Source: Intoshia linei
Lineage: Eukaryota > Animalia > Orthonectida
Direction: 5' to 3'
Length of the DNA stretch: 34,980 nt
NCBI GenBank assembly: GCA_001642005.1
Contig: LWCA01000272.1
Coordinates: 1-34,980 of the forward strand
Shown one piece after another: positions 24,301 through 34,980 of the stretch. Within the stretch, counting starts at the first letter, position 1. Each line of letters begins with the position of its first letter. A program made the translations under genes and the position numbers. The notes beneath the pieces were generated by a model. The model saw only the letters and a program-made list of their open reading frames with translations. It had not been told where the DNA came from and searched no databases.

Positions 24301-26035
24301 AAAAAGATAATCTCATATCTTTGGATGAACTTTCTGATGCTTATAGAGTTGATCCGGATGAACGACCGGTTGAAGATAAATTCAACATATTGTCGTTGTA
24401 TGATGAAACTAGAAAAGGTAATTATAGTTTCATTAATATAATATATCCAATGGATACTGCCTATACATTATTATTAATAATCACTATGGTAATTTATTTA
24501 TTTAATGAACCATTAACTGATTCATTAACATCGTGACAGTTAAATAAATACGTTTTTTGTGGAACTTTGAGAATACCCAACAAAATATGTACATTGTACA
24601 AACTTGGCACCTCCAATATTTCTTTTTTACTTAAAAACTAAATGTTTTATAAACATTCTTTTATAAAATTTTTCACGTCATTAGCAATTTTATCCACAGA
24701 TAATCTACATGTTGAAACAGATTGGAATTTTCATTTTCGCTGCTGAATGGTTCTCTGAATTCAAGATCATTCAACTTTGACAAAAGTATATTCAAAATCA
24801 TTTAAAAATTTAAAAATACCTTTACTACCTTTTCACTATAAGTATGAAATTTTTAATCGTTGTATCTAACTTAGATAATTCAAAAAATTCTTTAATTTCT
24901 GTAGAATATTCATGTGACCGCGTTTTCAGTTAACTTTGTTCTATAATCATAAACTATTTACTATTACACTCACAAACATCAAAAATGGCAATCATTCACA
25001 CCCGATTGCGTTGTTCTTGATTCCAGGCCGTTGTTAGTGGATGGTGTAAATTTTAAATACCCTTCATACCACTAGTGCTTGCAATTTCTCGAGAATTCTC
25101 AAAAAAAATAATTCATACTGTTAGTTATACAATAAAAATTTTTAATTAATCAATTATGACTTCAACCCTTTCGTGGCTATCTTCGTTTTTTTAAATACAC
25201 TGTTATATTGGCATTTTTTGATTTTTTTTATTGACAGGTTCATCCAATGATTTGATCATAGAATCTACGTGACGACGTAAACTAGTTCTAGAAGAATTTT
25301 TATAATTTATCATTTTACTACAAATAGAGCATTTTGTTTTTTCGGTTTCTCGTTTAAAATAGACATATATTTGAGGTGCACTAAATTTAACTCTTGCATT
25401 CAAAAAAAGTTGCTTTTTACTGTTGTTGTTAATATAAAAATAGGAATAATATTATAATTTTATAAATATTTAGATTCAGTAATATCAGATAAGCATGAAA
25501 CCGTGTATAAAAAGAATAGCGAAAACGAATTATCATTTCCTTATATTGAATCGGAAACGACAGAAAATGTAAATGATTATAGACAGGTACTTTAGCGATG
25601 CTGTGTATTGTTTTACCAGTTCCTATATTTTTTTAAAAATCATTTCAATTGGATGGCAGTTTTTTACGCTAAAATTTGATATAGTTATCGATCGCATTAA
25701 ACAAGTTAGCTTCAGCCTTAAGCTAACTTACATTATAAATACCGCAAATACACAAATAGAGCTTTTATTTGGAAATTAAATATTTATTTATTAGATTGAT
25801 TTGGATAATATCAACGTCAGTATCTCAGCCAGTGAAAAAGATAATGTATGTTATTTTAGTTTTTAACAAGTATGTGTATTACTATTATACTTGTTAATTA
25901 CATGTATATTAATTATAATGAATAATTATTTAGAATAAAAATGAATCGGATGATTATATAAATGTAAAGTTTACTGATTTCACTTTTTTTAATGACCAAT
26001 TTTAGGTTGAGAAAAAAAAGGAAAACAAAGAATGA
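21316..26035 (+). CDS. TOM1-family VHS-GAT domain protein (divergent), multi-exon, with an acidic low-complexity tail
   Basis: The VHS-like N-terminus reads EDWTLISRLWDKINSS...VFKSLVLNCQNF. The GAT-like region reads DIQIVTVNTRVF...EYELLM|SLQITNKKMSNRLQMIIPYCSDDSLT..LIEINDQL. Small 3' exons lie at about 24294, 25474, 25796, 25934 and 26006, ending KENKE-TGA. Confidence 0.75.
23040..23700. repeat. Minisatellite (~37-bp monomer, ~74-bp dimer, about 6 dimers) bracketed by an inverted copy (foldback-like)
   Basis: GGTTCCCTTAAAAACC..AAAATTTTGGTCGAAACGTTATCATAAAAATT recurs at about 23217, 23281, 23395, 23469 and 23542. Region 23040-23110 is the reverse complement of 23612-23680. Confidence 0.85.
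24640..25403 (-). pseudogene. Decayed hAT transposase 5' fragment with a BED zinc finger, inside a TOM1-like intron
   Basis: ORF 25203-25403 reads IYVYF...TKCSICSKMINYKNSSRTSLRRHV (BED-finger pattern). The downstream extent is approximate. Confidence 0.6.
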
Positions 26036-26580
26036 TTTCTATGATTGGAATTTGTAAATAAATTTATTTGTTATATTCTGATACTAAATTAAATATTGTA
26101 CAATGTACAGCGCTGTTCTACAAACGCTGGTCCGCGAAGGGTGTATGTAAAATTTTTTAAATATATTATGAATAAAAATTGTAAAATAAAATCTTCCGAG
26201 AAAACAAAAAATAACGATTTGCGTAATGTTGAAATAATGCTTTTAAAGTTTTACCACCTTATCGGTTCGTCAAATATTTTTACAGTTTCACCGAATCTCT
26301 GGAGTGAAAAGGTTGGGAGACACTACATTGTTTTTGCATGTTATTACCAAAAAGAATTATCTTTAAAAATAATAAGTTATTTGACCGTGAAGTTAAAAGA
26401 TTTTGAAATTGTGATAATAAAAAAACCAATTCTAGAGATTAAAAACTAAATTAGATTTTGTTTAAATAAATAAACTTACTCGTATTTAGTACCCTTAAGA
26501 TAAATGAAAAAAATATTATCGGGTAATATAACAATTAAGCAAATAAAATTAAAAATTTAATACACATTTACAAACGAAAA

Positions 26581-29500
26581 TTAATCGATTCTATACTTTA
26601 ATCTCTTTTCTATAAAACCGGAATTTTCGGCAACAATTTCTTCTTGTCTTTCAGGTGTAACAGGGCTAGATCTACGGTATTCCATATTAAATTCTCCCTT
26701 TCCTTGAGTTAATGACCTTAACTCACCCATATATCCGAACATTTGATTTAGAGGAACCTAAACAGAAAACTAGCAACATGATTAAATATTATTAAATATA
26801 TTATCAAAATATTGATTAATAGCATTGATTGTGTATAAACACAAGATAAGACAGATAAAAGCTGTAGGCCTACAGCGTAGTCACAGTTTTAACATACTGT
26901 TAATATGTGGTTTTTATCCATGGCAGATAATTTTATGAAAGTCGTAATTACAGTAAAGTCAAAACTTAATATAATTAAATAATTGAGATTTAAGTTAACT
27001 GATTCAGAAAAACCAAATAATGAACAATAAAAAACCTCTACTGTCAAGGTATTGTATCCACCATCAGCATCATGATTCACAACAATGGCAGATCGTTTCA
27101 TCAAACCCATTGAAACTCTATTTTGATATTCCATCGGAATTAAAACTTCTACTTTCATGATTGGTTCCAACAAAACCCAATCAGTTTCATCATAAGCTAA
27201 ATATATTATTTTCATATTACGCTAAATATTACATTCTTGCAAAGCAAACTCCATAGCCAACATGAAAGAATAATCGTCAGAATCGACGATATGATAATTT
27301 CCTAAATAAATAAATACCAATTAAATTGTTTTTTATTATTATAATTTATAAACAATAAAAATTAGAAGTACAATTTAAATTTATTTGTAATTTATAAAAC
27401 TTTGTAAAATATTGATCATAACGTATACCGTATCGGTATTACCGAGTGAGTACTACTGACACCAGTGCACTGTTCACTGCCGTGTTGTGTAAATATTTTA
27501 ACAACATCAGGGTCCTCGATAAAATTGGACAATTTTCAACATTCTATAAGTACAAATTTCACATAAAGTACTAAAAGTATTTCGAATTGAAAAAACACTG
27601 CTAACACATCCTTATCTGGAACCAAAAAATAATTTGGACCCAAAGGAATACATTAAAGAAACAAAATGATATAAAATAAACCATCTGTAATAACGCATTT
27701 TAACCCAGAAATCTTGTGTCCAGACAATAAACCAACTTGACAAGCTTTTTTGAAACCCTAAAAAAATATTATTTTTATCAAAATAATTACCTTATGAATG
27801 GCCGGAATAAATTTTTTGGGTAAATTTGTGCCAAATGTTTTATCTTCAAATTTTAATGTAGTATTCAATTCTGTAGGAAGTGGCTAGGTAATTGAATTAA
27901 TTTATCTGTTTATATAATAATCTAATTGCTAAATTTTAAATAATTATACAATTAAAAAAAAATTTTTTTCAATAGTAACCAAAAAGTAAAGGTAATGAAA
28001 ATTTTACTTCAAAATATCCAATAATTCTGGCATATTGGCCTCTACCACCAGTTTGTCGTTTATGCAAATAATCGAATCTAATAAAATTATAAAATCATAA
28101 TAATGAACAAAAACTTGTATTTTTCCGGTAACGTTTCACGGTACGCTACTCTGGGTTTACCCAAAATACATTTTGCATTATATTCTCGCTCGAGTCTCTA
28201 TATTTAGTATGTCAAATATTATATACGTCAATAAATTACCTGAGCGTAAATTTCAAGGTGTAATTCTCCCATTCCAGAAACAACAGTTTCCATACTTTCT
28301 AGATCATAGTTTACTCGGAATGTGGGATCTTCCTTAACAAAACGAGATATGCCTTTTGAAAAAGAGTCAATCATTTTCTTTTCAGTTGGTTTAATAGACA
28401 TTGAAACTACTGGTTCAGGTACAAACATTGATTCCTTGAATTTTGAAATATTAATAAAATACTTGCCATAAACTAATAGCATACCATAGTTAAATGAGAA
28501 ATATCTTTGGAAGTAAATGTGTCGCCACTTTTGCAAGAAATTCCCATAAATGCACAAATATCACCGGAATGAGCTTCTTCAATGTCCTACACACTCATAA
28601 AATATAAAATGATAGTTCTGAAACACGATTTCGAATCGAATTTGACTCAAAATAAAATAGTTTTATTCGTACACGTTATGATGGTAGTGTAGATTCAGAA
28701 GTAATCCGGGGTAGGATATATTTATTATTTCTCGCTGAGTACACATACCAATTTATGAGCGCACCGATTGAGAAACATTACTCTACATCAGTGTTTCCCA
28801 ACCGTGGGGCCAGGCCCCACTGGTGGGTCATGACGAAATTTTTGGTAGGACATTGGAAATTTGGTGGATCCTGGGAAATATTACAAATGTGTAGGATTAT
28901 GAAACTTTAGATTAATTTATTGCAAAATGCCAAATTTGCAAATTTACAAAATTATCCGATTTTAACAACTTTTGCTAGGATTGCTTTGTTGCCATTTCCA
29001 TCCTCTTATTTAGCAGAATGCGGGTTTAGTGCAGTTTTAGACTTACTGACAAAAAAAATAAATAGACTACAAATTTCAAAATGGGGAGATTTACGATTAA
29101 AGCTTACAACATTAATACCTAATATTAATAAACTCTGTCAGAATGGTCATGCTCAATCGTCTTATTAATTCTAAAAAATAAATACATTATTATTGCTTTT
29201 ATCATTATTTTATTATAATTCGCTCGAATTTTTTTTCAGTGGGGCCTAGCATAAAAAAGGTTAGGCAACACTGCTCTACACGGTTGTTTCTGTTATCATA
29301 AATCCAGTCGAGTTACTCGGCCCAATGTAGAAATGTAAAATCTGTTGTGATTTGATTTACACTAAAAATACAAAAAATAAAAATTTAAAAATAGTTTTCA
29401 TTCAAAAAATGTTCCAGCAATTACAACTGGTCCATTGTACAATATACATCCCTCATTTATTTGGTATGATAAAGCACTCATTTCTTTGTATATAAATGAT

Positions 29501-32500
29501 AGTTTCTTTATAATATCCATGTATTATCAGCTGCAGTATGAACCGTATCGGGTCGAACAATAAAAGAACGAAACGGGGAAGTTTAAGACAATTAATATTG
29601 AAATATATGTAATAAATTCGAATGAAGTGTTGTGGACCGGGCCATACCCAAGATTATCACTGTAACACCCTAATAATCATTTTAATTTTAAGACAAAATT
29701 TTGATTTTTTTGTCCTACTAACCAAACAACAACAAATTATTGAGCACTTCATGTAGTATAATTATAATTAAGTTACTCTAAATTCACTAGCATTCATAAT
29801 TCCTAATCGAGATATTCGTATCTTTTTTTTAGTTCTAGTATTCACAACAATATCACCCCGTTTAATTGAACCCTGATAAATTCGCATATATGTCAATTGG
29901 CCAAATTTTGCTGCCTAATGTAAAAAACAAATGCTATATTTAATTAATTATTTATAAATCCATAGTCAGGATTCCCTAGCCCCATTTATAATACAACTGA
30001 TTTTTGTGATACAAATTTTAATTATAAAAGTACATGATAATATCAATTGTAAACTAACTGCAAAAAAACTGAAGGTTTCAACAGACCAGTTGACCCCAAG
30101 ACGAGGTATCAGATTAACTCATATTTCTGCAACAGCAATGAAAATATAAAAAATACTTCAAGCTTAAATGCTAATCCCAGATATGCTAAATTTTCATCAC
30201 GATCATTAGCCATCTTTATTTTTTCTACTTTTTCGCTAAAAAATGTGTTTTAAAATCTAAACAAATAGAAAAAAATTCTGAGAATGGTTGATTATTTTAA
30301 GTGTGCATTATATCAGGTATTATTAACTAATAAATTACTCCCTTTCATCAAGAGCGAAATTATTAATTTCGTTTGGAGAAGGTAAATAATCAGTAATAGC
30401 ATCTAAAACGCATTGTACTCCTTTATTTTTCAAGGCAGATCCACAAACTACCGGTATGAATTTTCTGGTGATTGTATTTCTACGAATTGCACTCTAAATG
30501 TAAAATTTAATTTATATTTTTAGCGGTAAGAATTGTGAATGAAATATAACACATACTTTCAATTGATCAGTGCTAGGATCTATATCCTGAACATACAATT
30601 CTCCAATTTCTTCATCAACATTTGACAAATGTTCTAAATTTTAAAATTCAAATAATGTTTAAAGATAAACTTGACACAGCATACCAAGTACTAGTTTTTC
30701 CCTTTCATCAAATATACTAATATACTTTTAAAATAACTTACCAATCAACTGTTTACGACAAATTTCCATTTCTTCTTTCATATTTGATGGAACATCTTTA
30801 TATATCATCTTCATTCTAATAAATTTTGATTAATTTATTTTTTTAATTATTAAATTCAATACCCACATGTCCCTTCAAAATAAACAGCTCTACGGTTGAT
30901 GAGATCGATGAGGCCTGTCAACGATGCTGAGATTCCAATTGGTATATAAATTAGTGCCGAATTATGGCCCAATTTATTTCTACAAAATAATTAAATATTC
31001 ATTACTATATATTACATTTAATTTATTAGATTTTTAATTCTTTTCACGTTAAAAATTTTACCGAACTTCTTCAATCACTTTGAAAACATCTGCACCATTT
31101 CTATCCAATTTGTTGATAAAAGTAATAAATGGCACATTGTATCGTTTCATTTGTCTGTCGACTGTATAACTTTGGCATTGAACGCCTCCAACTCCACAAA
31201 GAACAAATACTGCTCCATCCAATACACTCAAAGCTCTTTCCACTTCAATTGTAAAATCAATATGTCCTAATAAATATTTTTGAAAACATTATCCATAATT
31301 TATTCAATAACAATATCATTATAAATTAATCAATTTACAATATTGAAAATATTAAATAATTTTCAAATAATGTTATCGTCCAATCATAACAAATATTACC
31401 TGTGTCAAGATAATAAATTTGGCGCAATATAAAGTTTTTTATTTTTTTATCAAGTTAATTTCATTGACACAATTATATTTATAAATAAACAATTTTATAT
31501 TTTATTTTAAAAATTAATTAACCTGGAGTATCGATGATATTAATTACTTTATCGTTCCATTTTGTACTAATAGCAGCACTTTGGATTGTTATTCCTCTTT
31601 GTCTTTCTAATTCCATAAAATCCATTGTTGCGCCAACTCCATCTCTACCTCGTACTTCATGCATTTTTGATACTTTTCCAGTATAAAACAAAAATCTTTC
31701 AGTTACAGTAGTTTTTCCGGAATCTATATGAGCTGAAATTCCAATATTTCGTATATCTTTCTATATTTTATGTATATTTTATATATTTTCTAAAATTTAT
31801 TTTGTAAAATGGCAAAATGTCTAGACTAGGTGCAACTAAAGTCATCTATATGGACCCTTAGATCAATATAAAAAATTGAGACTATTGAGGAGTCATTGGG
31901 ATAACTGGATTTTTTTTATTCTTTTAAGTGTAATATTACCTTATATTTAATGCACTTATATAATTATCATTTTTAGGGGCCATGAGATGTGTCTGTTATA
32001 AGTTGAGGAAACATGAATCTGACCACGGCGAAACGTGTTTGGAGCACTAGACTGGTCAGGGATTCGATGATAATCCACTTGAACTACCTAATGTACCTGA
32101 AATTGTTGTAGTCAAACATAGAATAAGAGAAAATGAAAAAAAGATAAAAAAATAAAAAAATTAGTTTTTGTGTACTCAGTTAACTCAGAAAGACACTGCC
32201 TCTATGAGGAAAAAAAGTTATCACAGAGATGTTTTAATTGGTTCCAAGGAGCAGTCAAAGTGATTGATATGAACCCTGGTGTCATATTCAGAATTTTTAG
32301 GGCTGTAAGTTACAATTTGTAACTGTAATTTAATAAATATTTAGAACTTTTCATTTGATGGAATTGTTATAAAGAAATTCAAATTTAAAAATTTAACCCA
32401 TTGAATCCAAATCCATGTACATTGTACACACTGGTGGGTACAAATCTCTTTGCATTGCACAGTCAGGATCGTGGAGAGAGGGCTATATTCCTGCGCCTAC

Positions 32501-33434
32501 AATTTTAATAGGCCTACTTTTTTAATTTAATAATAGGTAATGTTGGAAAATTTCTAATGTATACCAAAATAATCATATAATAAAATGTTCTATGCATCGA
32601 TAATGATCGATTAAGCAATTTATAGAGATCCTAATGTTTAAAATAAAATTTATAGGGGCCCATTGCTGCCTCTCCATGGCTCTGTACACAGAGTGTAATC
32701 TCGTACATTTGACTTACTACAATGAGTGAAATATACATATTTAGTATAAGTCAATAATATTGACTCAATTTGGTTGGCGGACCAAATGTGAAAAAAAATC
32801 TTTACTCAAAAAATTATGTTAAAACTAACAGATTTAATTAATTTATAATAATTTTAATTCATAAAATGAAATATGAAATAATAAAAATAAAATAAGACAA
32901 AAATTGTAATAATAAATAAATCAATCAATCATGAAAAATATATGAAAAAAATGTAAAATAAGAAATATGTGTAAAAAATTGTTATAAAAAATAAAAATTT
33001 ATATTATAAATCGGGCCGCACATTCCATAATTTGGGGCCGCAAATGGCCCGAGGGCCGCATAATTGACACCCCTGCTCAATATCAACCATTTCAATATCA
33101 TAATAATAAAAATTACCATTTTTGTAAGATTTTTGTCGGTAACCCAATTCGATAAATTCCGAAACGGTGTTAAATTTAGTTTGGTTAGCTAAAAAGATAA
33201 TTTAATACTTTTTAATATTTTATAAAAATATATGCTAACAATAATAAAATTGAACTGATTGTCTGTGGGCACTAGGGCTATTCCAATTTGGACTGGAAAT
33301 CCAAATTGGATTTTTTTGAAATTTAAAAAAGACATATATAATAAATAATCTCCATTTAATTTTCTGCAGAATGATATAAATTTTTTTATTTTCGTCACAA
33401 AAAACCCCCGCGTCTTTATCTGTTTATCCAACAT
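26581..33434 (-). CDS. GFM1: Mitochondrial elongation factor G1; start codon uncertain (33434 or 33335)
   Basis: Contains [48 protein letters not shown]|[84 protein letters not shown] and [15 protein letters not shown]. All introns checked are GT-AG. Confidence 0.95.
28789..29273 (+). mobile_element. hAT Charlie/Buster-type internally deleted element retaining the C-terminal transposase fragment (28920-29168)
   Basis: TIRs are CAGTGTTTCCCAACC and GGTTAGGCAACACTG. The 8-bp TSD is CTCTACAT (28781-28788) / CTCTACAC (29274-29281). The ORF contains [15 protein letters not shown]...[11 protein letters not shown], typical of Buster/ZBED5/SCAND3-type transposase C-termini. Confidence 0.9.
32464..32684. 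mobile_element. Short hAT-like MITE (CAGGGCCGTGGAGAG-type ends)
   Basis: Left end CAGGATCGTGGAGAG, right end CTCTCCATGGCTCTG. Flanks TGCACAGT and TACACAGA look like a decayed 8-bp TSD. Related ends occur at ~4446 and ~18107. Confidence 0.5.
33012..33075. mobile_element. Terminal remnant of a Charlie-like hAT MITE
   Basis: Three GGGCCGCA subterminal repeats followed by TTGACACCCCTG (reverse complement CAGGGGTGTCAA). Confidence 0.6.
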
Positions 33435-33830
33435 TTTTCATAGTAAAAAAATATTTCAACATTTTTTCATCCGTAGTTGCCACGCATTTGTTATAATTTT
33501 AAGATATAGTATAGATCTTGTGACACTAATCATATTAATTAAAAAAAATCAATAAAAAATCGTTTATTTTAGGCACAGTCACCGACAAACTTTTAGTCAT
33601 TTTTAAAAAAATTATAAAATTTCAAAAAAAGACATGAATTTATATAAATTTTGTTAAAATATTTTAAATGTTTCTGCTTAAATACTTTTTAACTACTATT
33701 GTAAAAAAATAATTTTGTTAAGTTTATAATATTATGAGTAGAACGAATTTAAAAATGATAAAACTTAATTCATCATCATTCAATCATTGTGAATAATTTA
33801 TTACCGTAGTATACTATTTATATTTCTTAA

Positions 33831-34210
33831 CCCATTAACGGCCAGTTTGTAAAAACGAACACTTAGTTTTTATTGTTTAAATGCAAAGTTTAAATAAATT
33901 ATATAAATGCAAGACTATTTTTCATGCATGTATGATTTATACAATTAATACCAATAATATTTTTTTATTTTATAGTATCGTTTGACAAATTAAAAACGTT
34001 TCAAATATTTACCTTTACATTAAAAAATTATCATAAATAAATTTTAAAATTTTATATGAATCTAAATTATTCTTACTTTTTTGATATAATATATCTTAAG
34101 GGCTAAATCGACTGTATATACTTCCTGAATAATAATTTCTATAATTATAATTATTTCATTAGATACAGCCTATTTTAGAAATGTCCGTAAAAACGAACAT
34201 TGGCCTAATG
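33831..34210. mobile_element. Possible piggyBac-like MITE with a damaged right end
   Basis: Left end TTAA-CCCATTAACGGCCA, right end TGGCCTAATG. GTAAAAACGAACA occurs near both ends (33849 and 34187). The right-hand GG-TTAA is missing. Confidence 0.45.
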
Positions 34211-34243
34211 CAACAAAATAAATTTTTTTGTCTCCTTGGCATA

Positions 34244-34980
34244 CAGTATTGGTCATATAATTAAATAACCAATAGAGGAAATTAAACAAAACTTTAGATA
34301 GTCATGTAACGTATATTTAGGTACACATATACCAAGTTAATATTTTGTTGAACCGCCATTAGCACTAATGAGACCATTTATTCTTCTAGGCATCCCAATA
34401 ATCAATTCTTTTAATAATTCTTGTATTCTTGGAGAATGGTTCCAAACCTTGTATAATGGATCAATCAATTATGTTCTTGTATTAATTTCTATTTTATGAA
34501 CTTCATCCTTCAGAATTGACCAAATATTTTCAATTGGGTTCATATCAGGATAATTTCCTGGCCATTTCAACAGAGTAATACCCTTATTTTCAAAGAACGT
34601 CATTATAGACTTTGATTTGTGACATGGTGCAGAATCTTGTTGAAATGTGTAATCAGTATTGTCAAACAAATGGGGAATTTCATTTAGGAATAATTCCATC
34701 ACATTCTTGTACACTTTTTGGTTCATTTTTCCCTTAATTATCTGCAATTTGCTCATACCTTTTACGGGTATAGCACCCTAGACCATCACTTTCGCTGGAA
34801 ATTTTACAGTTTGTCTTACACAATCTGATCTTGAGAATCACTGGATTTTCTCCGAACTCGAAGGAGGGGTTTTCGAATTTTTTTGTATGATTTGTATCCT
34901 GCATCTACAAATCTACGGTTCACTGTTCTTCTTGATAAATTAATATTTTTGATTTTAAGTTTAGATACGATTTCATTGCA
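34244..34980 (-). mobile_element. Tc1 (DD34E) transposon remnant running off the window; transposase pseudogene ends at 34337
   Basis: FQQDSAPCH...WPGNYPDMNPIE has exactly 34 residues between D and E. In-frame stops occur at VMV*G and after INTRT, and the protein ends MPRRI..ANGGSTKY*. TA at 34242-34243 followed by CAGTATTGGTCA resembles a Tc1 TIR. Confidence 0.88.

Noticed and set aside
26096-26449. 117-aa ORF between the TOM1-like gene and GFM1
   Set aside because: It has a non-ATG start, overlaps a MITE-like end at ~26110-26140, and has no recognisable domain.
26581-33434. Bacterial fusA or horizontal transfer
   Set aside because: The gene has many spliceosomal introns and mitochondrial EF-G1-type motifs ([14 protein letters not shown]), so it is an ordinary nuclear gene.
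2513-33434. Functional gene cluster (trafficking genes AP2M1 and TOM1-like; RNA-processing genes)
   Set aside because: Mixed orientations and unrelated housekeeping functions give no sequence evidence of a coordinated system beyond compact gene packing.

Overview
Very AT-rich eukaryotic (animal-like) genomic DNA with many short GT-AG introns of about 33-50 bp and a few long introns filled with transposon remnants. The supplied ORF track captures only exon fragments, so gene models were spliced by hand. Seven spliced host genes are reconstructed: FRA10AC1 (-), EXOSC1/CSL4 (+), a C6orf163-like coiled-coil gene (-), AP-2 mu AP2M1 (-), an HHAT/GUP1-type MBOAT (+), a TOM1-like VHS-GAT gene (+) and mitochondrial EF-G1 GFM1 (-). 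A selenocysteine tRNA (anticodon UCA, 9/4 fold) lies antisense inside an EXOSC1 intron. Mobile DNA includes a decayed hAT transposase, a Tc1 DD34E remnant, a Charlie/Buster hAT deletion derivative with an 8-bp TSD, piggyBac-like TTAA MITEs, a non-autonomous Helitron-like family that repeatedly forms inverted pairs (including a ~1.5-kb intronic palindrome), and a minisatellite-containing foldback. A compact, fast-evolving invertebrate genome (possibly a parasite such as an orthonectid) is an inference only. No clearly new multi-gene system was found. The most notable items are the intronic tRNA-Sec, the palindromic stop-to-stop gene junction and the Helitron foldbacks.
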